Of a DNA stretch of 64,000 nucleotides, positions 25,095-38,800 are shown piece by piece. Below the pieces are notes generated by a model that saw only the letters and a list, made by a program, of their open reading frames with translations, was not told where the DNA came from and did not search any database. Both the position numbers and the translations under genes were made by a program. This stretch comes from Haliotis rubra (taxonomy: Eukaryota). The DNA is taken from the NCBI RefSeq assembly GCF_003918875.1, contig NW_025767152.1, positions 682,001 to 746,000 on the forward strand, given 5' to 3'. Positions within the stretch are counted from its first letter, which is position 1. Every line of letters starts with the position of its first letter.

Positions 25095-25560
25095 AGATGT
25101 GCCCTTACCCAGGTAATACAGATCATGATATGTGCCCTTACCCAAGTAATACAGTTTGGGACATGTGATCTTACCCAGGTAATACAGTTTGGGATATGTG
25201 ATCTTACCCAGGTAATACAGATCGGGGTATGTGATCTTACCCAGGTTATACAGATGGGATATGTGCCCTTACCCAGGTAATAGAGATCAGGATATGTGAT
25301 ATTACCTGGGTAATACAGATGGGGATATGTGCCCTTACCCAGGTAATACAGATCGGCATATGTGATCCTTCCCAGGAAATACAGATCTGGATATGTGCCC
25401 TTGCCCAGGTAATACGGATCGGGATATGTGATCTTACCCAGGTAATACAGATCGGGTATGTGCCCTTACCCAGGTAATACAAAACATGATATGTGATCTT
25501 ACCCTGGTAATACAGATCATGATATGCGATCTAACCCAGGTTATGTAGATCGGGATATGG
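25095..25560. repeat. 31-32 bp minisatellite, ~14 copies
   Basis: Unit ~ATGTGCCCTTACCCAGGTAATACAGATCGGGAT. Confidence 0.93.
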
Positions 25561-25586
25561 TTATTGTGATTATATATCTGAAAAGG

Positions 25587-25592
25587 TTTATT
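25587..25592 (-). terminator. Candidate LRRC46-like polyadenylation signal
   Basis: AATAAA on the minus strand just past the 3'-UTR minisatellite. Confidence 0.45.
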
Positions 25593-25657
25593 GATGTGCA
25601 TTGCCAACACCATTTTACATAACATCATTCCATTCTCCCTAAATACATGTAAAACTT

Positions 25658-27322
25658 TGGAGTGGAGTGGAGTACAGTCAGCTGTTGGGTGGAGTGGAGT
25701 CAGGTGTTGTGTAGTGTGGAGACCAGTGTTGTGTGGCGAGAAATCATGTGTTGTGTAGAGCAGATCCGGTGTGGAGTGGAGTCAGGTGTTGTGTAGTGTG
25801 GAGACCGGTGTTGTGTGGCGAGAAATCATGTGTTATGTAGAGCGAGGTCAGATGTGGAGTGGAGTCAGGTGTTGTGTAGAGCAGATCCGGTGTGGAGTGG
25901 AGTCAGGTGTTGTGTAGTGTGGAGAACGGTGTTGTGTGGCAAGGAACCAGGTGTTATGTAGAGCGAGGTCAGATGTGGAGTGGAGTCAGGTGTTGTGTAG
26001 AGCAGATCCGGTGTGGAGTAGAGTCAGGTGTTGTATGGTGTGTCCTGTGTTGTGTGGGGCGGAGGCATGTGTTGTGTAGAGCAGGATCAGGTGTGGAGAG
26101 GAGTCAAGTGTTTTGAGGAGTGGAGTCAGGTGTTGCGGGGAGTGGCGTCAGGTGTTGTGTGGAATAGAGTCAGGTGTTGTGGAATGGAGTCAGGTGTTGG
26201 GAGGAGTGGAGTCAGGTGTTGTGTGGAGTGGAGTCAGGTGTTGTGTGGAATGGAGTCAGGTGTTGTGTGGAGTGGAATCAGGTGTTGTGAGGAGTGGAGT
26301 CAGGTGTTGTGTAGAATGGAGTCAGGTGTTGTGTGGAGCAGAGTCAGGTGTTGTGTGGAGCGGAGTCAGGTGTTGGGAGTGGAGTCAGGTGTTGGAAGCG
26401 GAGTCAGGTGTTGTGAGGAGCGGAGTCAGGTGTTGGGAGTGGAGTCAGGTGTTGTGTAGAATGGAGTCAGGTGTTGTGTGGAGCAGAGTCAGGTGTTGTG
26501 TGGAGCGGAGTCAGGTGTTGGGAGTGGAGTCAGGTGTTGGGAGCGGAGTCAGGTGTTGTGAGGAGCGGAGTCAGGTGTTGTGTAGAATGGAGTCAGGTGT
26601 TGCGAGTTGAGTCAGGTGTTGTGAGGAGTGGAGTCAGGTGTTGTGTGGAGCGGAGTCAGGTGTTGGGAGCGGAGTCAGGTGTTGTGAGGAGTGGAATCAG
26701 GTGTTGTGAGGAGTGGAGTCAGGTGTTGTGTGGAGCGGAGTCAGGTGTTGTGAGGAGCAGAGTGAGGTGTTGTGTGGAGTGGAGTCAGGTGTTGTGAGGA
26801 GCAGAGTCAGGTGTTGTGTGGAGCGGAGTCAGGTGTTATGAAGTTGAGTCAGGTGTTGTGAGGAGTGGAGTCAGGTGTTGTGTGGAGCCGGAGTCAGGTG
26901 TCAGGAGGAGCGGAGTCAGGTGTTGTGAGGAGTGGGAATCAGGTGTTGTGAGGAGTGGAGTCAGGTGTTGTGTGGAGCGGAGTCAGGTGTTGGGGAGCGG
27001 AGTCAGGTGTTGTGAGAGAGTGGAATCAGGTGTTGTGTGGAGTGGAGTCAGGTATTGTGTGAAGTGGAGTCAGGTGTTGTGTAGTGAGGTGTTGTGAGGA
27101 GTGGAGCCAGGTGTTGTGAGGAGTGGAGTCAAGTCTTGTGTGGAGCGCAGTCAGGTGTTGGGAGTAGAGTCAGGTGTTGCGTAGAGTGGAGTCAGGTGTT
27201 GTGAGGAGTGGAGTCAGGTGTTGTGAGGAGCGGAGTCAGGTGTTGTGTGGAGCGGAGTCAGGTGTTGTGTGGAGTGGAGTCAGGTGTTGTGTGGAGTGGA
27301 GTCAGGTGTTGTGAGGAGTGGA
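25658..27322 (-). repeat. 20-22 bp minisatellite (~1.65 kb) starting inside the last codons of the LRRC46-like CDS
   Basis: Minus-strand unit TCCACTCCTCACAACACCTGAC; plus strand GGAGTCAGGTGTTGTGTGGAGT. Confidence 0.95.
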
Positions 27323-27459
27323 TCTAGCACTTGGGGGCAACTTGTACTTGAGCCTTATATTGTCCAGCTCCATGTTGTGTCTGCGATGGTCAGCAAGACT
27401 CTCCTCTAGACGGGTCTGTGACCTCATCAACACCTCAGACGTTAGACTCTGTAGAGGCA
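27302..27459 (-). CDS. LRRC46: LRRC46-like exon 7 (terminal, ..LMRSQTRLEESLADHRRH..ARSTPHNT*)
   Basis: TTCCTCAG| acceptor, phase 1; TGA at 27304-27302. Confidence 0.85.
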
Positions 27460-30400
27460 CTGAGGAAAAACACAACGCAGGAAATTTAGAGCATGTAACT
27501 TTTGCTTAGCTGACGTGGTTGTATACCATTTGGCAAAACTATTACAATTAATTGCACTAAACCCATATGATCTTGTAAACTTTTAACATGTATTACACAT
27601 ATATGATAACAACCTGTTTCCTGACAGACATATCAAGTACCACATGTGATCAACTTACCATCCACCTCATGTTCTCTCATCATCCTGCGTCTTGGCTCCT
27701 CTTCTGTCTCATCCGATTCCTCCTCACTGGACACCGGGTATCCCGCCTCCTCTCGCTCCTCAGTGGCGTCCACATTGTCCAGCTGCTGCAGATTGTGCAG
27801 GTCTTGAATGATGCAGCCTCTGGAGAACAGTATGAGACTATACTAATTACAAAAGTATTTTAAGTAAAATGATCATTTTTAATAAAATGAGTATTTTGGG
27901 CCACTCTTTTAATATTATTTTTAAGGTTACATTATTCACTAACCCATCATTAAGGTTTGGTCAACATCCAAATAGAATGCATTTTTACTCCAACTCCCCA
28001 GTTCCAAATTTTATACATAAATTCAATTTGTTATTATAAATGTGTTTTGTATTATAACTTATGAAGATAATGGTTTCATGCGGAAATATTTGTTTGCATA
28101 ATTAACAACAAATGCTACTTGTTTGAGACTAACTCCAACTTGCTACCATAGAAACACAAGAAATAAAAAAGCCCAAAAATATTATTAGGAAACAGCTCAG
28201 AATAAACTCAATGCAAAGTTTGTAGCTTCACACAAAAATATCATTAGTTTGAGAATGAAGCCTCGAGTCGTGTGAGACAAAGTCAAATTGTTTCCATGAA
28301 AAGAAACAAAATACAATTCAGAAAAATATACCAGATAGCAAAACCAGCCAGTTAAGCTGATAAACAATCCATAGTAAATGTTTCATTGAAAAATATGATC
28401 AGTCATGAAAACATGAACTTCTTTATGCTGAGGGATGGAAAAGCGACATATGGGATAGCTGAGAGGTGATGGGGGTCAGCAATATATGATACAGTCCTAG
28501 GAACAGACCTACAACCAACCACCAAAAATCAAACCCACACACAGAGTGACCAGTCTCTTTTTTGGAAAACGACCCGTGAAGATCCGGGTTAGAATTGGTC
28601 TTCAGCAACCCATACTTGTCGTAAGAGGTGACTGACAGGATCGGGTGGTCAGGATCGCTGGCTTGGTTGACACATGTCATCGGTTCCCCATTGTGTAGAA
28701 CAATGCTCATGTTGTTGATCACTGGATTGTCTGGTCGAGACTTGATTAGTTACAAACCACCGCCATATAGCTGGAATATTGCTGAGTGCGGCGTTAAACA
28801 ACAATTGGTGAATCAATCTATTTGGAAAACAACAATACCAGAATGTTCAGCAGCAGGGGTGGAAATAACCCATTGCCCGACGTCCGAGTCCAGTGTTTTT
28901 TCTGTCAGGCAAGCAAATTTGTATATCACACTGTGCCGGTGTCCAGTTGACTTTCCAATGTTATTTACGTTGTTTATTTCAAAAAATCAACAAGAAAACG
29001 GACGGTATAGTAGAAAAATTATCAGGGCAAGTGATTTTACATGTGCCACTGTTCCGGAGTACACTAGCAATTTTAAAGTTATTTGCACCTCTGAGCAGCC
29101 TACCGGACCTGAAAGAATTAAGATGCTTCAACTTTCACAACAAAATAGGAAAACAAGAGAGAAGGAAAAAGACACCTGATTGGATTTGTTGAGGAGGAAA
29201 GACCCTTTACTGAAGTGCCCTAGCCTTTGTCACAATTGCTGAAGCAATGTCTATCTGGCTGACAATCACTGGACTGTCCAATCCAGAACAATTAATATGA
29301 CATTTAACAAACAAACAAAATAATGTGTCCATTTTTTATAGCACCAGACTCCACACGAGACATGCTCATTGCACTAACAATGAATAGTACAATACATTAT
29401 TCCCCCAGATAACCCAAGCAGCCTGATAGCGCTAGAAGGTTATAGTCACATGATTTATCCCACAGGGTAGCGCTAGAACGTTATATTCACATGATTTATC
29501 CCACAGGGTAGAGCTAGAACGTTATAGTCACATGATTTATCCCACAGGGTAGCGCTAGAAGGTTATAGTCACATGATTTATCCCACAGGGTAGAGCTAGA
29601 AGGTTATAGTCACATGATTTATCCCACAGGGTAGCGCTAGAAGGTTATAGTCACATGATTTATCCCACAGGACAGCGCTAGAAGGTCATAGTCACATGAT
29701 TTATCCCACAGGGTGCGCTAGAAGGTTATAGCAACATGATTTATCCCACAGGGTAGCTAGAACGTTATAGTCACATGATTTATCCCACAGGGTAAGCTAG
29801 AAGGTTATAGTCACATGATTTATCTCACAGGACAGCTAGAAGGTCATAGTCACATGATTTATCCCACAGGGTAGCTAGAACGTTATAGTCACATGATTTA
29901 TCCCACAGGGTAAGCTAGAAGGTTATAGTCACATGATTTATCCCACAGGGTAGCTAGAAGGTTATAGTCACATGATTTATCCCACAGGGGTAGCTAGAAG
30001 GTTATAGTCACATGATTTATCCCACAGGTAGGCTAGAAGGTTATAGTCACATGATTTATCCCACAGGGTGGCGCTAGAAGGTTATAGTCACATGATTTAT
30101 CCCACAGGGTAAGCTAGAGCGTTATAGTCACATGATTTATCCCACAGGTAGCGCTAGAAGGTTATAGTCACATGATTTATCCCACAGGGTAGCTAGAAGG
30201 TTATAGTCACATGATTTATCCCACAGGGTAGCTAGAAGGTTATAGTCACATGATTTATACCACAGGTAGCGCTAGAAGGTTATAGTCACATGATTTTATC
30301 CACAGGGTAGCTAGAACGTTATAGTCACATGATTTATCCCACAGGGTAGCGCTAGAAGGTTATAGTCACATGATTTATCCCACAGGGTAGCCCTAGAACG

Positions 30401-33400
30401 TTATAGTCACATGATTTATCCCACAGGGTAGCGCTAGAAGGTTATAGTCACATGATTTATCCCACAGGGTAGCTAGAAGGTTATAGTCACATGCTTTATC
30501 CCACAGGGTAGCTAGAAGGTTATAGTCACATGCTTTATCCCACAGGGTAGTGCTAGAAGGTTATAGTCACATGATTAATCCCACAGGGTAGCTAGAATGT
30601 TATAGTCACATGATTTATCCCACAGGGTAGCTAGAAGGTTATAGTCACATGATTTATCCCACAGGGTAAGCTAGAAGGTTATAGTCACATGATTTATCCC
30701 ACAGGGTAGCTAGAAGGTTATAGTCACATGATTTATCCCACAGGGGTAGCTAGAAGGTTATAGTCACATGATTTATCCCACAGGTAAAGCTAGAAGGTTA
30801 TAGTCACATGCTTTATCCCACAGGGTAGTGCTAGAAGGTTATATTCACATGATTTATCCCACAGGGTAGCTAGAGCGTTATAGTCACATGATTTATCCCA
30901 CAGGGTAGCTAGAAGGTTATAGTCACATGATTTATCCCACAGGGTAAGCTAGAAGGTTATAGTCACATGATTTATACCACAGGGTGGCGCTAGAAGGTTT
31001 TAGTCACATGATTTATACCACAGGGTAGTGCTAGAAGGTTATAGTCACATGATTTATACCACAGGGTAGCGCTAGAAGGTTATAGTCAGATGATTTATCC
31101 CACAGGGTAGCGCTAGAAGGTTATAGTCAGATGATTTATATCACAGGGCAGCGCTAGAAGGTTATAGTCACATGATTTATACCACAGGGTAGAGCTAGAA
31201 GGTTATAGTCACATGATTTATCCCACAGGGTAGCGCTAGAAGGTTATAGCAACATGATTTATCCCACAGGGTAGCGCTAGAACGTTATAGTCACATGATT
31301 TATCCCACAGGGTAATGCTAGAAGGTTATAGTCACATGATTTATCCCACAGGACAGCGCTAGAAGGTCATAGTCACATGATTTATACCACAGGGTAGCGC
31401 TAGAAGGTTATAGTCACATGATTTATCCCACAGGGTAGCGCTAGAAGGTTATAGTCACATGATTTATCCCACAGGGTAGTGCTAGAAGGTTATAGTCACA
31501 TGATTTATCCCACAGGGTAGCGCTAGAAGGTTATAGTCACATGATTTATCCCACAGGGTAATGCTAGAAGGTTATAGTCACATGATTTATCCCACAGGGA
31601 TAACCATTTTTCAGATGGGTGAACAGAGGCAATTTTGAACAAACTTGCATAACCTGAGGGGAGGCCACATGTATCAAATGTGTTTCGTTGTGGGGCAGGA
31701 CTGAAGTTCTAGAAACACTCAGGAGTCAACACGGTCACCCATCCAATTACTCTCCGCACACAACGTTGGTTAACTTTAACTGATTTGTGACCTGAGCTCT
31801 ATGCACAGGACCACGTGCCGCAACATATGATATAAACAAACAAACAAACTCCACTGACCCAGTTCTGTTACAGATACAGCAGTATTCTTCCATATCAAGT
31901 TTAAATAAAGAAAGATTTTTTAAGTTGTGAGTTATGTACAAGATGTAGTTTGTCAACATTATGAAGCCAGTATCTCACCGGTAGTCTGGCATCTGAGTAC
32001 AGGGGTTACCAGACAGGTTCAGCAGTATCAGAGACTGGGGGAATTCATCTGGAACAGTATCAGGTAAATCAATCATTGGTGTCTTGCTATAAAAAATGCA
32101 GGGGTGGAAATAACTTTAAAATTGCTAATGTACTCTGGTACAGTTGCACATGTAAAATCACTTACCCTGATAATTTTTCCACTATACTGGCTTATTTTCT
32201 TGGTGATTTTTTAAATAAACAACATAATTAACATTGGAAAGTCAACTGGACACCGGTACAGCGTGACATACAAATTTGCTAGCCCAACAGAAAAAAGCAC
32301 TGGACTGGGGCGTCAGGCAATGAGTTATTTCCACCCCTGAAATGTCAGGTAAACTGATCATCAGTGATCAACAGCATGAGCATTGATCTACGCAATTGGG
32401 ATATGATGACATGTGTCAACCAAGTCAGCGAGTCTGACCTACTGATTCCGTAAGTGGCCTTTTACGACAAGCAGGGGTTGCTGAAGATCAATTCTCACCC
32501 GGACCTTCACGGATGGTAAACTGATAATTGGTGTATTGTTATGAGTGAGTGAGTGAGTTTAGTTTTATGTCACACTCAGCAATATTCCAGCTATATGGCA
32601 GCGGTCTGTAAAAAAGAGTCTGGACCAGACAATCCAGTCATCAACAGCATGAGCATCGATCTACACAATTGGGAACCAATGACTTTTGTCAACCAAGTCA
32701 GCGAGCCTGACCACCCGATCCCGTTAGTCGCCTCTTACGACAAGCATGGGCTACTGAAGTTCAATATTTTAACCTGGATCTTCACGGGTGATTTGTTATG
32801 AAAGAGTGACAGGTAAACTGATTATCACTGAATGGGTATGAAATAATGACAGGTAAATTGATCACCAGTGTACTGACATGAAACAGTGGCTGGAAAACTG
32901 ATCATCAGCATTTTGCTTTGAAACAATGGCAGGTACACATGTAGAACTGGTCATTTATTTTGAAGCCTATACAATATGCAGCTTTGGACGAGAGAAGCTG
33001 GTCACATGACCGTGACAGCTGACATTCATAAGTGTATGGATGACACATGTTGATATTCAGATGCTTTTCATGAGACTGTATTCTTAAAATGACGTAAACA
33101 CAGACGGACAACCTTCTGTGAGTGACAATCAGAAGTTGGTGTGGTGAACAACAGGGAGGTGAGGTGACATTGGGTTTAACATCATGCTTGAGAATATTTC
33201 GCTCAGATGACGACGTGCATGCGTGTGTATGTGCGGCTGCTTGTACTAGCCCAGGCTTAAGTTGGTTTTATAGTGCCATCCCACTGAGATACCATGCCCG
33301 GTGAAGCATGAATACCCCACTCAGACACATTATACTGACTCGAGCGACCAGTCCTTGTTGTACCCATTAATGCCAAAGCGCCAGGCAGGGACCAACAAGT

Positions 33401-35813
33401 ACCATATTTTAGCGTCTTTTGGTATGATGCGGTCGGGGATCGAGACCCACGACATTCGCTCTCCAGGCAGGCGGCTCTAACCACTACACCGAGGTGATTA
33501 TGAGTGAACAGGGGAGAGTTACATGGATATACCACTAATAATAATAAGTCATCTTCTATAGCGCACAGTCTCCAAACACCAAGTGATTGCTCGCATCGCT
33601 TAATCAGAATCTGTAACACTGCCGCTGTTACAGGTCATTGGCTCCCTCCCTCTGCAAGCAGTCTGCGTTCTGCTGTTTATTTTGTTGACAGTTACATAGA
33701 CAGATTCTTTAATACAAATGCATAAAATCGGTGATTTACAATGTGATTAGGTTGTCTGACAAAACATCCACTTGCACAGTTTGAGATCGATTGGATCATT
33801 GGATGAAGAGATATTTACAAAAAACGGGTCCACATGCATTTCATGCCAAACTATACAAGATCAGGAGACTACTATAATCCATTCACATCAAGAGACTCCA
33901 ATAGACCATGAACAGAGACCAAGGATATTACATCCCCACTGCCTACCACCAACTCATCACCAAGCAATCTTAATTCCATTATTCTCCTGTCTGTCATATC
34001 ATTGACTTCCCCTACCCATTAATCCCTCCTTCATTAATTCTGCTTGTGTAACAACTGCCTTCTTGTGTATACATCCTCCAATCTTGTAGATCAAGCTTAA
34101 TAATTGTGTAAAGAACAACCAATTTACTGTTCAAATTTTACTAGTAACATATAGCCTTGCCTGCAGTATTGTACATCACTTGCTTAAAATTTTGTTTGTA
34201 GCTACACTGAAACATTGCTCATATTAATGATAAAAAGATTTATATCCATAAAACTCTCCTCGTTGTTCACAGACACCCTACTTCCACATTCCTGGGGACA
34301 CCCCTGTGCATTCCCTAGCATGCCTAAAAATACAGAGGCATTATTTCAGATCATTTAGGGCTTTAATCTTGAACTAGTACCTTGAGAAAACACACAAGGT
34401 TGCTCCCTGAATTGTTGGTCTCCAAACACAGAGCTGGGGTGGCACCTTACCAATGTCAAACTGTGCTATGCGGTTGTCTGAGAGGTCAAGGAAGAGAAGC
34501 TTGGAGAGTTTACTGAGGTTCTCCACCTTCTGTAAGAGGTTGCCGGCCAGTGTCAGAAACTGTAAGTTTTTCAGGCAGTCGAGGTTGCTGATGCGTGTGA
34601 TCCGGTTCTGGAAGCAAGTACAACTGTCCAAATCAAAATCTGCTTTCTCTGGCATGTACAGCATTTGATTCTTTTGAAGGAAATACAAAGTTTGTGACAT
34701 GAAAGACAGGAACACAACACTTGAAACTACCTTGACCAGTGTTGTCTACGGAAACATAAACTTGAACTTGGACACTGTGTAGAGAGTGATTTTTGGGGAC
34801 ATGTTCCATGAACTTACAGAAACCAAGATTTCACTGCGTCCATCACTGAGTCTATGATGTTACCGTGCCTCTGATGCAACTGTGTCTCTGATGCCACTGT
34901 GTCTCTGATGTCACTGTGTCTCTGATGTCACTGTATCTATGACACCACCATGTACATGACATCACCAATGATGTCATTAAGTCTATGATGTCACTGTCTC
35001 CGATGTCACTGAATCTTTGCTGTCATTTGGTCTGTGATGTCACTGTGTTTGTGATGTCATTGAGTCCATGATCACACTGTGTCTACGATGTCACTAAGTC
35101 TCTGATGTCACTGTCTCTGATGTCACTATGTCTATGATGTCACTATGTCTCTGATCTCACTGTGTCTATGATGTCACTGTGCCTATGACGTCACTGTGTC
35201 TATGATGCAACTGTGTCTATGATGTCACTATGTCTATGATGTCAGTGTGCCGATGACATCACCGTGTCTATGACATCACTGTGTCTATGACATCACTGTG
35301 TCTATGATGTCACTGCGTCTATGAGGTACCTGCGTTAAGGATGTCACTATGTCTATTATGTCACTGTGTCTCTGATGTCAGTGTGTCTATGATGTCAATG
35401 AGGTTATGATGTCACTGTGTCCATGATCTCACTGTGTCTATGATGTCAATGAGTCCATGATCTCACTGTGTCTACAAAGTCACTGTGTATATTAAACATC
35501 ACATTAGAAGTGACTATCATCCAGTGCTCATAATCTGTACACCCCTACCCTAGTGTTTAAAGTCCCTTTATCATATATCAATGAAACTCACCTGAATTTC
35601 CCTCTAACCTTATGCCACTTCTAGCAATACTCCAACAATATGCCGACAGGGGACACCAGAATTGGCCGGAGACAAACAGGTGCAAAACTATGAAATTCAT
35701 GAACACCAAGCTGTGAAATTCATGAACACCAGAAATGGGCTTCACACATTATACCCATATAGGCAATTGAACCCAGGTTTTAGAGATGACAAGCTAATTA
35801 AACACTTTAACCA

Positions 35814-35865
<52 letters not shown>

Positions 35866-38800
35866 CTGTTGGAGATACACGTTGGTGACTTTATCACTCA
35901 GAAGCTCCAGACTGTCAATATGACTGATGTTTTCACGGTCTAGTCGAACATGTGTGATCTCACAAAGGGCTGTTAAGCTGTGAAACATGAAAAATGCTTC
36001 TTTTAATTCATCATGATTAATCTTGGTTGTGTTATTGTACCAGTGTGGTGTCTGGTGAACCCCTTTCTAAATGGCATGCTGGGCCTCCTTTCACAAAGCA
36101 CTAAGGTGATCGTAAGTCACTAAGGTAACCTTAGTGCAATGTTAAAGAATGGGAGTTAAGGTTAACCTTAGTAAATGTTGCTTCATGAAAGGAGCCCCTG
36201 GTTGGTACTGGTTCACTGACATGTCAATGTATGATGATAGGATGATGAAGATTTTATACATAATTACAGTTAAGTCTCAAATGTCTTGACTACATAGTAA
36301 CTGGCCTTTGGAAATACTTGGACGATGGCTGTTCTGAATTACTAGCTATGACAGTTGGATGAGTGGGAGGCTTAACTCTGACTGTCTTTGTTTCGAAAAA
36401 CAGTAACCAGGAACGATCATTTCTCTTTACAGACTTGTTTCTCAAAAGAAAGTGAAACGTCCAACTGTGCAATATGATAATAATGGCTATTAATAAAGTG
36501 CCGGTTTCCAGGGACTTGTGCATGCTGTGTGCTAACACGTTATTACCCTGGATAACCCAAGCTGCCTGATAGACGCTGGAAGCTATATGGCTTATCCCAC
36601 CAGGTGTCCATTTTCTGCTGGGTGAACAGAGGCAATTCATGAACAAACTCACTTGCTTAAGGTGAGTCCACATGTGTCATGCGTGCTTTGTAAAAAATAA
36701 TGTCATTGTACTGGCCTTATGCTCATTAAGCACACCATGCTTACTTTGATAGTCATGCTTACTCGGCTTACTATGCTCATTATGTCCACTGTCATTGTCA
36801 TGTTTATGATCATTGTCTAAACTACTTTGATTATCTTTTGATGGTATCTGCTGTTTTGCTTTGTTCTCTGCTACTTTTTCTTGCTGTGCAATCTGTTACA
36901 GATTTAAATTCTGCAAATTTGACAACAAATGATTTTTCTGTATTAATATATTTTTAGTTTCGCGAATACCAAAGAAAATAGAAGAAATAGTTTTGTTGAA
37001 GACAGGTCTTTTTGTTTCCATATGCAGATTTGCCCTGGCCACAAACATTCAAAATAAAGCAGAATCATTTTTGATGTAGAAATGAACATATTTTAATTCC
37101 CTCTTTTACACTCGAGATCTAAACCAGCCAGCACAAATAGATCACAGTGGCTATGTAAATCACATGAAAAGAATGCTGACCTAGAGCTTACATGCAACTC
37201 AAAATAACAACTTTGCAGATTCTGATACCTTTCAGTATGGACTTACAGTAACAAATTATCAAAAATACAAATTCGACTTATAAAGTTGAAAAATAATGCG
37301 ATGTAAAACCCCCAGCGAAATTGGAGTTCAAAAGATTCACTAAAATCGTCCCAGCTGGGGTGAAAAGAGTTTGCAACAGCTGTGCTGCGGTGCGCTCATA
37401 GTGCATGCGCAGTGAATAGGTTTGTGCAGCTTGAAGCGGCATGCCCGGATTATAAGGTCGTGAGCAGGAGTAGTCTAATCTTGGCTGTGTACACAAACAA
37501 CAAATAGTAAATAATCTACTCCTTACATAAAAGAACCTTGTTAAGGATCTAGATCTACTCAGTTATGTGTCAACCAGTGAGGTGTTCGACATTTCAAGAC
37601 GGAAAACCTTAAGCTGGCGTGAGTACTCAAAGTAGGCTTTGATGTGAGCTATTTTCTAATGTTTTGACTTTGTTGATGTTTCACAGGCGCAAGCTTTCAA
37701 TATGTTATGACAGTGGATTACCGATTTAACTGTTTAAAAGCAACTGTGATATAGATATGTCTATGTCACAGACAAAACTCAATGTCTGTTTTATTGACAC
37801 CTATGTGTCTGCCTGCCTGTCTGCTAATGACAATATTCAATACACAAACCGATCACTGACCACATGCAAGTTGTACTTAACACCTATCAGGCTATACACC
37901 CAAAACAAAACGCATTGATTTAGGGTTCGTGCACCAGAGTTCTGTCTCTGTCACATTATGTAATTATACAGACAGGCAGGTGTGATAATTGTACACATCA
38001 CATGCTATGATGTCTGTTGATTGCAAAATGTTATACAAAAAAAATGTGCATATATTTACAAAACCCAACATCTCTATACACACACAAAGAGCCCTAAGTG
38101 CATCGGCAAATGCATCAGCCAATGATAGCCTTCGTTACACTGAAGTGCACGCCCACCCAGTTTGACTGGGTTCGGTATCCCGGGTGTTCATTTTGAGGGA
38201 AGTAAACCCAAGTACAAAATATTGCACTTTTGATTTGCAATTGTACGCTTATAATTGTGTTTATTTGTTTTTTTCATAATCAGCAATGTATATTATATGG
38301 CATGAAAAAATGATAATTGTGTTTTAATAATGTTTCATTTCTTTGTTGCATCTAAGCTCTAATCAAAATTAAACTAATAATCATGCTTAGCATGTTCTCT
38401 ATGTTAGCAATCTTACCATGCCTATAATTTGATTACCATGTTCATAATTAATTGGATAATCATGCTTTTTGAGTTCTCTACATTACCTGTGCTTACCATG
38501 TCTATAATTTGATTACCATGTTTATAATTCACCTGCCTATGTTGCCTATGTTAACTGCCCTTAAGATGTCTATGATTAGATCACCAGGTTCTTAATTAAT
38601 TGGATAAAGACACTTAGCATTTTCTTTATGTTAACTATGCTTACCATGTTTATAATAAGATTACCATGTTTGCAATTAATTGGATAATCATGCTTACTGA
38701 GTTCTCGATATTAACTATACTACCATGTTTAAACTTAGATTACCATGTTTATAATTAGATTACCATGTTTATACTTAGATTACCATGTTTATACTTAGAT

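Larger units (their letters stand above)
22173..25229 (+). repeat. Inverted segmental duplication, copy 1 (partner 60501-63489)
   Basis: Colinear reverse-complement match across both unique and repeat DNA, roughly 90-95% identical by eye. Confidence 0.95.

Noticed and set aside
25892-27097. Cys/Val/Gly-rich ORFs (ESGVVWSGVRCC)n resembling keratin-associated or shell proteins
   Set aside because: Overlapping frames of the 20-22 bp minisatellite, antisense to the LRRC46 3' UTR
28628-29192. 183-aa and 99-aa ORFs
   Set aside because: They run across a SINE and a MITE; chance open frames with no transposase motifs
11680-31598. CRISPR-like appearance of the 21-50 bp arrays
   Set aside because: Units are head-to-tail without unique spacers, there are no cas genes, and the context is eukaryotic and intronic
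36990-38365. Possible ~1.4-kb non-autonomous DNA transposon in LRRC46 intron 2
   Set aside because: Composition is suggestive but I could not identify TIRs, a TSD or a second copy
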